DNA from: a bacterium | Lineage (GTDB): Bacteria; Patescibacteriota; Microgenomatia; Levybacterales; UBA12049 | Reading direction: 5' to 3' | NCBI GenBank assembly: GCA_021777565.1 | Contig: JAJYDJ010000004.1 | Coordinates: 34,077 to 98,076 of the forward strand | DNA length: 64,000 nt | Shown: in pieces, positions 27,248 through 37,162 of the stretch | Numbering within the stretch: position 1 is the first letter of the stretch | Layout: every line of letters starts with the position of its first letter | The notes under the pieces: generated by a model | Told to the model about the DNA's origin: nothing | Seen by the model: only the letters and a program-made list of their open reading frames with translations | The model's database searches: none | Translations under genes and position numbers: made by a program

Positions 27248-27724
27248 ATGGATACAACATCAAACAAACCATATCGTCTTGGTGTAAACGCAATCGTTAT
27301 TGACCAGGATAATAACTTTCTTTTGGTGCAAAAGAATGGGTATAAGGATAATGAGTGGAACTTCTTAGGTGGTGGCCGAGAGGAAGGAGAGACATTGGAG
27401 CAGAACTTGTTTAGAGAGTTGAATGAAGAAATTGCTATAGAGGAATCAGATTTCGAAATGGTTGGCGTAAGCTCGCATAAAATTGAATATGATTTTCCAG
27501 CAGATACTGTTTTAAAAATTCATGGTGGAAAATATCGTGGGCAATCGTATGACCAGGTTATTCTCAGGTTTATTGGAGACAAGGCCAAGCTTGTTTTCTC
27601 TACAGGAGAATTTAGGACCCATAAATGGGTCAAGGCAGATGAATTAGAGAAGTGCTTGATCTTTCCAAACCAGTACAGCAATCACAAGAAGGCAATTGAT
27701 GAACTTATGCCAGGAATCTTGTAA
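27248..27724 (+). CDS. NUDIX hydrolase
   Basis: 158 aa. Nudix box GGGREEGETLEQNLFRELNEEIAIEE (GX5EX7REUXEEXGU). Confidence 0.75.
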   Translation: MDTTSNKPYRLGVNAIVIDQDNNFLLVQKNGYKDNEWNFLGGGREEGETLEQNLFRELNEEIAIEESDFEMVGVSSHKIEYDFPADTVLKIHGGKYRGQSYDQVILRFIGDKAKLVFSTGEFRTHKWVKADELEKCLIFPNQYSNHKKAIDELMPGIL

Positions 27725-27762
27725 AGATTTACTCATGAGTGGTATAGTCATAAATGAAATAA

Positions 27763-28491
27763 ATGAATGATCAAAGTTCAAGAATAGACAAACCGTACTG
27801 GATCAAAACATTACAGCAAGAACTAGTAGAGTTTAGCAGAATAAGAACTATTCTTCTCCACAAAAACCCTACTTACCCATTTTTATATCCTGCTATTGAG
27901 AATGCTGAATATGCAATGGCAAACATTCTTGCATATCTCGAAGGAGTGAATCCTCATCTTGTTCAGTTTGCAGATGATTACTTTGGTAACAGGAATATAT
28001 CTATGCACAGAGAATTTCTCCGTGAGCTTCACACCAATATAGAAGATGGACTCAGTCAAATTGTAGAGCAAAAGCAATTTCCTTTGCTTATTACCAAAGA
28101 GGAACAGGCAAAGAGTATTGTCGAAAGTATTAAGCAAAAGCTTGGAGATACCACAATAATTAGAACAGAGCTGAAGAAGATTCTTAGGCTTGGTGGAATG
28201 TTTCCCACATTTAATGATTATCTCAATACTGTTATAGAAAATATTCCGCTTCCAGAAACATATAGGCATGAATGCAGAATGTATTTTGATGCGTTCAGTA
28301 TCGTAAGAAACAAAATGTCTCATTCCGACATGACACTTTCAGAATCAGAAAAGGAAAAGCTCATTACTGCAAAGTTTGGGAAGATCATCGCTCCAGATGG
28401 AAAAGGCATGCAAATGACTTTTGAAGGGTACAAGCTACTTATTGGTGATGCTATACGCTTTTTTGACCAATTGAATTCACATATGATCTAG
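27763..28491 (+). CDS. hypothetical protein
   Basis: 242-aa ORF with no recognised motif. Last + strand gene before the recombinase remnant. Confidence 0.4.
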   Translation: MNDQSSRIDKPYWIKTLQQELVEFSRIRTILLHKNPTYPFLYPAIENAEYAMANILAYLEGVNPHLVQFADDYFGNRNISMHREFLRELHTNIEDGLSQIVEQKQFPLLITKEEQAKSIVESIKQKLGDTTIIRTELKKILRLGGMFPTFNDYLNTVIENIPLPETYRHECRMYFDAFSIVRNKMSHSDMTLSESEKEKLITAKFGKIIAPDGKGMQMTFEGYKLLIGDAIRFFDQLNSHMI

Positions 28492-28542
28492 ATAATCTTA
28501 CAATATTGAGCTTTTAATGCTCTGAAAATAAATACATATAAG

Positions 28543-29034
28543 TTAGCTTGCGAAAACGAAATTAGAAGGCATACAGTATGTAGGGACATGGAAATGTTTA
28601 TCGTTCGAGCCACAAAAAGTTCGAATACTGTCTATGTCCGGCAGCATTCGTGGACTTTGTTCGTACAAAGACTCCAATTGGACTGTCCTATCAATCCCAT
28701 CCACAGGTTCTAACTTATCGTTAATTGCATTTGCCTCTTGGGCAGCGTCTTTTAGTGCTAAAAGTACTTCATCAAGGCGAATTGTTAAAATTTTGTCTTT
28801 TAAAATGAGGTTCGAACCAAGTTTTGCCAGAATATATCGCTTGTCTTCTACCTCTCCCTCGTTAAATCTCTTTAGAGCATCTCTTGCAAAGTCAAATGTC
28901 TCATCGGCTTTAGCCAGCCATTTATTTACTCGTTCTCCTGTGTCATTAAGTAACTCCTCAAGTCTTTGCAAAGGTAAAGATTCCTGTTCCTTCTTTAGAG
29001 GAACAAGCAGAAATCGTAAAAGAAATTGATGCAA
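28543..29034 (-). pseudogene. C-terminal remnant of a second large serine recombinase gene
   Basis: The 163-aa ORF aligns with the C-terminus of the intact recombinase (10867..12642): RVNKWLAKADETFDFA...KRYILAKLGSNLILKDKILTI vs RADEWLELCEQTFNFA...KRAILHALGSNLTLTDKILSI. The catalytic and recombinase domains are absent. Confidence 0.6.
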
Positions 29035-29129
29035 GAATCAAAAAGGCAGAACAACTTCAAAAAGTGGCCATAGAGGGGATAGAGCAAGCAAACAGACAAG
29101 TCGAGTCTATACTCTTAGCTACTAACTGA
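28950..29129 (+). pseudogene. fragment resembling the conserved C-terminal region of a type I R-M specificity subunit (HsdS)
   Basis: 59-codon stop-to-stop ORF, KVKIPVPSLEEQAEIVKEIDARIKKAEQLQK..., which resembles the HsdS repeat motif (i)PlPpLeEQk.Iv..ld. No start codon and no target-recognition domain. Confidence 0.3.
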
Positions 29130-29233
29130 ATATTCTTAAATTCTTAAAAGAAATGAGACCAATTTTCTTGCAGATGATATTCATCATAATGTTAGGATCG
29201 ATCGATTTAAACGGCTTTATAGAGGCTCATAGC

Positions 29234-29647
29234 CTATTCCTGTTGTTGGGCTAGATACTGATCTATCAACTCAATATCTCTTTTATCTTTCTCTCTATTC
29301 AGTTTTTCTTTGTAGTAACGTACTTCCTCTATTCGCACAAATGGGATACCTTCTCTTATTTCTGCTTCTTTAATCATCGTTGGTATATCCTTTCTTGTTA
29401 CTGCAAACCACCAGTTAGATATTTTTACTCCACTAAATCGTATGAATCCTTCTTCATTTGGCGTATATTCCTGAATGAGCTTTCCCCAGAGTTTATTTGT
29501 AACGATAAGGTCGATATTAGGTACTTCACGCAGGCCATACAACCCAAGAAGAGCACTGCCAAACACAGCGTACTCGCTGATTGGGAAGCTTTGTTCTTTA
29601 ACAGAAGCAATCAGGGTTTGAATGGACATAAAACTGATTATAAGCAA
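29234..29647 (-). CDS. hypothetical protein (possible minimal nucleotidyltransferase-like)
   Basis: 137 aa. FGSALLGLYGLREVPNIDLIV partially fits a GS...D NTase motif. Weak. Confidence 0.3.
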   Translation of the reverse strand: MLIISFMSIQTLIASVKEQSFPISEYAVFGSALLGLYGLREVPNIDLIVTNKLWGKLIQEYTPNEEGFIRFSGVKISNWWFAVTRKDIPTMIKEAEIREGIPFVRIEEVRYYKEKLNREKDKRDIELIDQYLAQQQE

Positions 29648-29688
29648 CTCTCTCTAGAGTTTCTACTAAGAGTTGCTATAATACACTC

Positions 29689-30909
29689 GTGACGAGAGTA
29701 CAACTTACCAATAAGACATACATATCAACAGCGACAGATGACGTTAAATTATTCTACCCAAGATCTCAAATGCAATCAGGTGAGCTCATATCAGGTTTTC
29801 AAGTAAATCGAAAACTAATTGATGGTCTCACAAAAGCTGAAGTTGTGTTTTTTTCAATGTTTTGGAAGCCAATCGGCGATTCTTTTCTATTTTTGTCTGT
29901 CTTAACCGCTTGTCTGGAATATTTGCAACTTACTCGACTAAATAATATGCCCAAAATTATCATTGATGACACGTTTTCTAACCTCATAAGACATCTGAAC
30001 ATACTCACAGAATATGAATTTATTTCACATGCAGTTGATTGGTTTAAGCAAAGCGTGCGCGAGAATAAAAATGTTGTTTTAATAACTGACGATGATCCAT
30101 TTACAATGGGAGAAAGTCCTGCAGTATTTAACACAGAAGAATATGTTTATCCGAAGTTTCACGAGAAACTAGTTGATGGCGATATTATCGATTATCCCTC
30201 ACGGCCAGCGAGATATTTTCTAACCTTTGAGAGAGAGGTAGGTATTAGATTAAAATCTGATCCTAATCTATCGCTTCCTGACTTTATCATGAATGATGAT
30301 ATTACTCTCACACAAAAATGTATAAATGATTTTGGGATTGATCTTGATACTCCTGGCCTTACATTCCTGGGAGTTATTAACCAAACCAGCATGGTGGAAA
30401 AAAAATTTGGAGGTCTAAGGTATCTTGAGGTAATAGATAAGCTATATGAGCTTAATAAAAATATTGCTGTTCTTTTCCTAGCTAACACAAAAGAAGAGTC
30501 GCCAAGTGAATGGCTAGCAGTTCTTGAAAAGATTAAAAAAAGTCCATATAAGGTCTATTTGATCGACTCTCGGGATTTTGAATTGCTTGCCTACATGTTC
30601 GCTCGATGCAAGTTGGTGTTGGGGAATGATACAGGCTTTTCTCATTTAGCCGCAATGTGTAAAAGATCCTTGTTAGCACCAAATGTGCCTTGCGTGATCA
30701 CTTACTCCAGACATGATTATGGGAAATGGAGTACAGGAAAAGAAAATGTCTATCCTGTCGTCACAGAGTTAAGTCAATACCTCAAGGATAGTAACTCCTC
30801 AATTAGTCGAGACAAAATTGATGTTACCAACTGGGGTTTAAAAGAGTGGGCATATTCTATATCTGAAGACGCTGTTTTTAACAGAATCAAAAAAATATGG
30901 GAAAAGTAG
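29689..30909 (+). CDS. GT9-family glycosyltransferase (heptosyltransferase-like)
   Basis: 406 aa. C-terminal LVLGNDTGFSHLAAMC resembles the GNDSGPMHLAAA signature of ADP-heptose:LPS heptosyltransferases. Confidence 0.6.
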   Translation: MTRVQLTNKTYISTATDDVKLFYPRSQMQSGELISGFQVNRKLIDGLTKAEVVFFSMFWKPIGDSFLFLSVLTACLEYLQLTRLNNMPKIIIDDTFSNLIRHLNILTEYEFISHAVDWFKQSVRENKNVVLITDDDPFTMGESPAVFNTEEYVYPKFHEKLVDGDIIDYPSRPARYFLTFEREVGIRLKSDPNLSLPDFIMNDDITLTQKCINDFGIDLDTPGLTFLGVINQTSMVEKKFGGLRYLEVIDKLYELNKNIAVLFLANTKEESPSEWLAVLEKIKKSPYKVYLIDSRDFELLAYMFARCKLVLGNDTGFSHLAAMCKRSLLAPNVPCVITYSRHDYGKWSTGKENVYPVVTELSQYLKDSNSSISRDKIDVTNWGLKEWAYSISEDAVFNRIKKIWEK

Positions 30910-31841
30910 ATTTAACTATTCTTGTACCTGCTTGGAATGAAGAAAGAAATATAACAAGCTTTCTTAGTGATATTGCAGATCAATTAAATTATAGTTCATT
31001 TAAAACAGATGTCATCATCCTTGCTAATGGATGTGTCGACAATACTATCCCACTGGCAAAGTCTCATATACAAAAACAGTCCTTACCAAATGTTTCATGG
31101 CTAATACAAGTGTTTGATGATCCATTTAAGAATAAAGTTCTTAATGCAGGCATCGAGTTGGCAAAATCCGATATTATACTCAACCTTGATGCCGATTCTC
31201 GTTTAGAAAAAAATTGTATTTCTCGCCTTTATAGCTTTTTACTAGATAATCCAAAGGTTAATTTAGTTGGAGGGCTGGATATACCTATTTACGACAAGCT
31301 CAATAAGGAAACACTACTTTATCAATTTCAGAGAACTCAACAGATCTGGAGAGAAGAAAGAGGTCGTGTTATGGCAATCGGTGCTGTTATGATGTATCGT
31401 AAATCGTCATTTAACGGGTTCCCCTTGGATGCAATCTCTGAAGACACCTGGCTCTCTTTATACATTGCTTCTAAGTTTGGCTGGGAATCTGTAAAAGTAC
31501 TCATGGATGCCAATATTCACATCTTCGCTCCGACAAGTTGGAGTGATTACTTAAAACAACAAACTCGTTGGGACACAGGATATGTCCAACTTATGAAAAA
31601 CCACCCAGAGCTTCAATCAACGTATGATAATCGTAGAAGCTTGTTTAAAAGAAGAAGTAATGAAGAGATATTCGAGAGTGTATACAACAGGCTTGATGAA
31701 GAAAAGATAGCTCGATCGCGCTTAGTTGAGCTTCGTGATATAATCAATATCATTATTGAAGAAAATAGTGATATTGAGTACGACTCAATACTGAGAAATG
31801 TAGGGACATGGGACCCTATTATTTCCACAAAGGGAGCATAA
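30897..31841 (+). CDS. family 2 glycosyltransferase
   Basis: 314 aa. LTILVPAWNEERNI, ILANGCVDNT, DADSRL (DxD). Overlaps the upstream GT9 gene by 13 nt. Confidence 0.7.
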   Translation: MGKVDLTILVPAWNEERNITSFLSDIADQLNYSSFKTDVIILANGCVDNTIPLAKSHIQKQSLPNVSWLIQVFDDPFKNKVLNAGIELAKSDIILNLDADSRLEKNCISRLYSFLLDNPKVNLVGGLDIPIYDKLNKETLLYQFQRTQQIWREERGRVMAIGAVMMYRKSSFNGFPLDAISEDTWLSLYIASKFGWESVKVLMDANIHIFAPTSWSDYLKQQTRWDTGYVQLMKNHPELQSTYDNRRSLFKRRSNEEIFESVYNRLDEEKIARSRLVELRDIINIIIEENSDIEYDSILRNVGTWDPIISTKGA

Positions 31842-31842
31842 T

Positions 31843-32499
31843 ATGAAAACTTATACGAGAGATGAAATTTATGAGCTTCACAAAAAATATACTCAAGGCG
31901 CTCATCCTGAGCGTTTTCTAGATAGTGTCTGGACACATTCTCAAATTGTTGCTGAAATTGCAGATCGTATTTGTGACTTTCTCAAAAAGACGTATGAGGT
32001 CACTCCTAATCGCGAGTTAGTTCAGACTGGGGCACTTCTTCATGACATTGGAGTATATAAATGTCATGATGACGAGTTAAACCCCGTCCAGGAGCCTGGA
32101 TATATTTCCCATGGTATAGAAGGCTATAAAATACTCAAAAAAGAAAGTTATCCAGAGTACTTGGCTCGCTTCCCGTTGTCACATACAGGAACAGGTATTA
32201 CAACAGAAGATATTGAAAGAGAAAACTTCAACTTAGAACTTAAAAATTATATTCCTGTCACTCTTGAAGAAGAGATTGTTTGCTATGCTGACAAGTTTCA
32301 TACAAAGTATCCAGCTTTTGACACGTTTGATAAAGCAAAGTCTAGACTTGAGAAATTTGACCCAAGTAAAGGGATACTTATGAATCGATTTAAAAAGAAG
32401 TTTGGTATTCCTGATGTAAGCGATCTAGAGGCCAAATACAAAGATTGGCAAGAAGAGTTAGATCACTACCTCACCTCCCTGTCCGAAGCTAAAAAATGA
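31843..32499 (+). CDS. HD-domain metal-dependent phosphohydrolase
   Basis: 218 aa. H...GALLHDIGVYKCHDD (the HD motif) plus downstream His/Asp residues. Confidence 0.65.
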   Translation: MKTYTRDEIYELHKKYTQGAHPERFLDSVWTHSQIVAEIADRICDFLKKTYEVTPNRELVQTGALLHDIGVYKCHDDELNPVQEPGYISHGIEGYKILKKESYPEYLARFPLSHTGTGITTEDIERENFNLELKNYIPVTLEEEIVCYADKFHTKYPAFDTFDKAKSRLEKFDPSKGILMNRFKKKFGIPDVSDLEAKYKDWQEELDHYLTSLSEAKK

Positions 32500-33602
32500 T
32501 CTCTAAAGAATTAGTTGTCATAGAACGATATGTCCCTAGAAATCCTGTCCATGAACCAAATAGAGATGGTTTTCGTGCAGACAGTTTATTAGTAATCGAC
32601 AATGCCGATTTAGGTCCAATTGGTGTAGTAAGAAAAAAGACGCATTACGTTAACAGTCCAGCAGATGTGATGATAATGCCCTTAGAGGGAGCAATCTCAC
32701 AAATTACTGAACTATCCGAAGCAGAAGCAGCCTCATTCTTGTTAACTTGTGCGAGAGTAGTTGATGCAATGAGAGAAATTTCGCCTGATGGCTCTCCAGT
32801 TATTGCAATAAATCAGCAACCTGATTGTATAATGCTTCCTACTAAATTTGCTCCAGATGGCACTGAGCTTAAAGTACAGACAATAGATGCAATACATGCA
32901 CATGTATTTTTAGAAGATGGGCGAGGACTACCGCGTGGGACAATTTCTTCAATGGATAAAGTTGCATCAACTGACTTCTTTGATCCACTCGGACATGCAG
33001 TAAGTCAATTATTTATTAGTGAGGTTAATAGACAGTTGGATGAAGCTGGGCTTGCTACTCAATCAACATACAACACAGATCACTTCCCACTTGGTATCAA
33101 TGTACCTTTCGACGGAGATATTGTTGCAGTACTTACAGATCCTCGTATTGCACGATTTATACAAGCTACGCAGAGGAGTTACGTACAGACATATAGAATG
33201 ATTGAGCAGATTTGGCAAAATTACTCAGGTGAAGCAAGGCGAGATCAGATTACACAATTTTTCTCAGGGTTATCTGGAGAAAACATACAAGTAAGAGAAT
33301 TTGTAGAAAGAGTGATTCTTTCTCTTAGAGAAGATGTATCTGGTGTTGAAAGACACCATAGATTAGTACAAGGCCCTGCTCTGACCTGGGTTATTTATGA
33401 AAGAGATGGAAGGTGTTATATTCACTTAACTCCTCGCTTTTTTTCTCGCGGAAACGCAATGGAAGATTTAGGGGTTTGGGTAGAACCAGTAGAGGAAGTT
33501 ACACCAGATCTATCTGAAGCAAATGACTTCTATAGGTTACTTATGGTAAAATTGGGATCAACCCTTCTTGTTTCTGAAGGTGCATCCTTATATGAAAATT
33601 AA
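32496..33602 (+). CDS. hypothetical protein with HIT-superfamily-like N-terminal region
   Basis: 368 aa. LLVIDNADLGPIGVVRKKTHYVNSPADVMIMPLEG...IDAIHAHVF resembles the HIT fold, but the third His of the HxHxHxx nucleotide-binding motif is replaced by Phe. Tentative. Confidence 0.3.
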   Translation: MISKELVVIERYVPRNPVHEPNRDGFRADSLLVIDNADLGPIGVVRKKTHYVNSPADVMIMPLEGAISQITELSEAEAASFLLTCARVVDAMREISPDGSPVIAINQQPDCIMLPTKFAPDGTELKVQTIDAIHAHVFLEDGRGLPRGTISSMDKVASTDFFDPLGHAVSQLFISEVNRQLDEAGLATQSTYNTDHFPLGINVPFDGDIVAVLTDPRIARFIQATQRSYVQTYRMIEQIWQNYSGEARRDQITQFFSGLSGENIQVREFVERVILSLREDVSGVERHHRLVQGPALTWVIYERDGRCYIHLTPRFFSRGNAMEDLGVWVEPVEEVTPDLSEANDFYRLLMVKLGSTLLVSEGASLYEN

Positions 33603-35274
33603 AAAAGCAAATAAAGTGCCTTTCATAACCTCACTTGAGGACGATTTCCTATCAGGAAAGAATAAAAAACAGAAAAAGTTATTCAATGAGGTAATTGATG
33701 CTGGATTTGATTTTTATTCAGGCAAACAACGTGATCAAAAATTTCTTGTCTATAGAACTCCAGACGAGCTTAAAGAAGTCTTTGCAGAAGCAATGCCAGA
33801 AGATAGTACTGACCTACCGTCAATCATCAACTATCTCAGACTAATCGGACACTATTCAATTTCCCAATCAGATTTGAGCTACTTAGCGTTTCCTGACTCT
33901 GGGAACTCTATAGCTGCACTACTTGGAGACATCTATGGTAAATTTTTGAATCAAAACCTGATTGCATTTGATCGAAGTGCACCAGCAGCAACCATTATAG
34001 AAATTCAGCTTATTGAATGGTTACGAGCGTTAATCGGGTATGAAAGTAAAGAGTTAAAGCAAATTGAAAACCTAGCAGAAGTATCAGGTATGTGCACGAC
34101 AGGCGGGCATATGTCAAATCACGTAGCCACTCTCTCTGCACTTAATTGCAAATACCCTCAAATAAAAAAAGATGGGCTTTCAAGTCTAGATCATTCCCCG
34201 AAAATAGTTTTAGCTGGCAAGATAGGTCACTACTCATATGGAGCTGCTATGCACCATTTAGGACTTGGGAACGCAAATATTATTAACACTGATTCTAACG
34301 ATGACTTCACGACTAACATAGATGCACTTGAGAATGTGTTAGAACAGCACAAGGACAAAAATGATATTTTTATGGTTGTAGCAGTAGCGGGAAACTGTAG
34401 AACAACGGGAATAGATAACATTGCCTCAATTGCGAAAATATGCAAGAAATATGGAATATGGCTCCATGTTGATGCATGTCATGGAGGCAGTTTATTATTC
34501 TCTGATAAATTAAAAAAACGCTATCTCATGGGTATCGAAGAGGCAGATTCTGTCGCACTAGATCCCCATAAAGGGCTTTTTGTGGCATACCCTTGCAGCT
34601 TTGTTCTCTTTAAGAAGAGAGATACGCTTGTAACATTCACTCGATATGAAAAAGAGGCAAGAAATGGTGAATCATGGGATTTAGGTTACATAACACCTTT
34701 CTTAGGATCAAGAGGATTTGAGTCCCTCAAGCTTATGTTACTCATAAAGCACTTAGGCAAAAAAAGGCTGAGCGAGATAACTGAAAAAAGGCAGGGAGAT
34801 GCCTTATATGTAGAGTCACTCATAGCAAAGTCAGGATATTTTGTTTTGTTTAATGATATGACATTTTATCGAATGGCTTTTGTTTATTATCCAAACAAAA
34901 TTAGAAAGCAAGTCTCAAAGTTCACTCTCTCAGATGAGACTAATCAAAAAATTATCAATTGTATTGATCATTATACACATACAATCAACAGTGAGTTATA
35001 TAAGGAAGGTGATATTTGTCTTGATGAGTTTAAATTACATGACATAGGGAACCAGACAGCAACTAATGCTAAGGAGACACGATTTTATGTAATGAGTATT
35101 ACGACAGGTAACCCACTACTTACCAATGAGAACTTAAAGAGATCCTTAAGCTTTCTCTTTAAAAAGGCAAAGCGTTACGAGTCTGCTATGGGAAAAGACA
35201 TAGTATCTATAATAAAAAGTGACACATATGCCCCGAAGGTAACAAAAACATATGGACCAGCAGGATGGAATTAA
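33568..35274 (+). CDS. PLP-dependent group II amino-acid decarboxylase
   Basis: 568 aa. The Lys-containing S-x-H-K site is in DSVALDPHKGLFVAYPCSFV, with an upstream GGHMSNHVAT-type region. The start may be the Met at 33592. Confidence 0.7.
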   Translation: MFLKVHPYMKIKKANKVPFITSLEDDFLSGKNKKQKKLFNEVIDAGFDFYSGKQRDQKFLVYRTPDELKEVFAEAMPEDSTDLPSIINYLRLIGHYSISQSDLSYLAFPDSGNSIAALLGDIYGKFLNQNLIAFDRSAPAATIIEIQLIEWLRALIGYESKELKQIENLAEVSGMCTTGGHMSNHVATLSALNCKYPQIKKDGLSSLDHSPKIVLAGKIGHYSYGAAMHHLGLGNANIINTDSNDDFTTNIDALENVLEQHKDKNDIFMVVAVAGNCRTTGIDNIASIAKICKKYGIWLHVDACHGGSLLFSDKLKKRYLMGIEEADSVALDPHKGLFVAYPCSFVLFKKRDTLVTFTRYEKEARNGESWDLGYITPFLGSRGFESLKLMLLIKHLGKKRLSEITEKRQGDALYVESLIAKSGYFVLFNDMTFYRMAFVYYPNKIRKQVSKFTLSDETNQKIINCIDHYTHTINSELYKEGDICLDEFKLHDIGNQTATNAKETRFYVMSITTGNPLLTNENLKRSLSFLFKKAKRYESAMGKDIVSIIKSDTYAPKVTKTYGPAGWN

Positions 35275-36622
35275 AATAAGAACTATATTAGAGTCAAATA
35301 GATTCTTATCGCCAACATACTCAAAGTGGTATGCGAATATTTTTGTGGATTTGTTTCACAGTAGTAGTCTCAGCCCTAGTGACTGTTTAAACCAGCTCGA
35401 AGCTGGTTATCATCCTCATAGAGTTTTATATAAATTTTTAGGTGGAAGCACATTTACGCAAGATAAACTTAACTATCATCCGATTGATTACAGTAAACAT
35501 ATTTCATTCTGCACGAAAGATGAACAAATGCATTGTAATGACCATGATCTAATTGACTACCTTAATTCTCAATATATTGGTAATTTTTCTGGATTTATCG
35601 AAAGCCTTTCTCCAATAACTACGGGAAGAATGTACTTAGATACTGGCACTGCACCGAAGCTACTGTTTCTCCCAAATAACAGAACATTTGTAGTTATTTG
35701 TATAAAGTCACAAAAGGAATATCTTGCAAATTACTATGTACTGAGTAGGCTGTTTAATGAAAGTAACTGTTGTAATGATCTTACTATTAAGACTATTGAT
35801 TCAATTGGTGTAGTGCGCAGCAACGGATTACAGTACTTCGTATCAGAATTTAAAGGTTTAGATTATGAAGCACTGATACTTGAATATGATAAAACAGAGA
35901 AAAAAGATACCTTATTAAGGGTATCACGAGAGCTAGAAGAACTATTTCTGGAAAACAATCTTTTTATTAGAAATCTTGCTCCTAGAAATATTTTATTTAA
36001 TGGCAATCATACGAGCTATCTTATTGATTTTGACAATGTCTATAACATCGAGGACAAGCACGATGTAAAACTCGCATCTAAGGAATTAAACAGAGACATA
36101 TGGTATGGGGATGTACTCTCTCGAAGAGATATAAAAACAATATTCAAAAAAAGAATCTTTTCATTTCCAGATGAGGCACAATTAACAGACATCTTTGAAA
36201 CGACTTTCTTTGAACGAGACAAAGTTAGATCAAGGGACTTAAAATACCTTTACTCTTTAGTAAGAGCCTTCGAGCAGTATGATCATTATTTAGACATAGA
36301 TATCTATGGTCACCAATTGGGTAGGTATATCTCAGATTATTGGGATTTATCAAGTGAAGTTAAACTGTATAAGTTTATTGCCCAAAATAAAACAAAGATT
36401 AAATACCTTAGAGCAATTCTTTATTTATTGTCTAGGCTCGATCAGGAGTTACTTCTAAGAAAAAAATACCACTTAGATAAAGATCTGGAATTGTTATCTG
36501 AACTAGCATTTCATAAAATTGCAGAAAATAGAGCTAACCCAGGTGTGAAGGCTCTTAAAGTTACACTTGATCCAGATTTAAGTTTCACAGAAAGGTACTT
36601 GGCGGTAAGGAGTGCAATATGA
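35252..36622 (+). CDS. hypothetical protein with protein-kinase-like / APH-like catalytic loop
   Basis: 456 aa. IRNLAPRNILFNGNHTSYLIDFDNV resembles an H/xRDxxxxN catalytic loop plus a DFD (DFG-like) motif. Confidence 0.35.
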   Translation: MDQQDGIKIRTILESNRFLSPTYSKWYANIFVDLFHSSSLSPSDCLNQLEAGYHPHRVLYKFLGGSTFTQDKLNYHPIDYSKHISFCTKDEQMHCNDHDLIDYLNSQYIGNFSGFIESLSPITTGRMYLDTGTAPKLLFLPNNRTFVVICIKSQKEYLANYYVLSRLFNESNCCNDLTIKTIDSIGVVRSNGLQYFVSEFKGLDYEALILEYDKTEKKDTLLRVSRELEELFLENNLFIRNLAPRNILFNGNHTSYLIDFDNVYNIEDKHDVKLASKELNRDIWYGDVLSRRDIKTIFKKRIFSFPDEAQLTDIFETTFFERDKVRSRDLKYLYSLVRAFEQYDHYLDIDIYGHQLGRYISDYWDLSSEVKLYKFIAQNKTKIKYLRAILYLLSRLDQELLLRKKYHLDKDLELLSELAFHKIAENRANPGVKALKVTLDPDLSFTERYLAVRSAI

Positions 36623-37161
36623 AGAAAAAAATATCATGGAAAGAACTAACAACAAGAAATGGCTATCCAGCTGACGAAGTAATATCTGCACTCCAAAAAG
36701 AGATCCGTCGCAATAATCAGGATAAAGCAGTTTACTGGGCATATGAGTTATGCATCTCTGGGAAAGTATTTGAGACAAAGTTCTGGGAAAGAATAATAAC
36801 TATCTCAGTGGAAGACATTGGTTTCGGTAACCCTTTGGCCGTTGTAATAGTCAATTCTCTTAAGAACTCATATTACTCTGAATTTGAGCACCAAGACGAC
36901 TCGTTAATTCAGGCTCTATTTGCTGCAGCATATTTAGCCTCATGCACGAAAGACAGATACATTGATGAATATAAAAACTATCTAAAAGAGAGTAAAATCA
37001 AGTTAGAGGTTCCTGATTATGCACTAGATAAGCACACAAAGAGGGGAAAGACATTGGGGAGAGATGACAAACACTTCTGGACCGTCGCAGCTAAACTTTC
37101 TCCTGAGTTAGCAAAAAGGAACAAGAAGTATTTAAAACTTGTCTTAAAATCACTCAAATAA
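36619..37161 (+). CDS. hypothetical protein
   Basis: 180-aa ORF with a 4-bp overlap with the upstream gene. No motif recognised. Confidence 0.35.
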   Translation: MKKKISWKELTTRNGYPADEVISALQKEIRRNNQDKAVYWAYELCISGKVFETKFWERIITISVEDIGFGNPLAVVIVNSLKNSYYSEFEHQDDSLIQALFAAAYLASCTKDRYIDEYKNYLKESKIKLEVPDYALDKHTKRGKTLGRDDKHFWTVAAKLSPELAKRNKKYLKLVLKSLK

Positions 37162-37162
37162 A

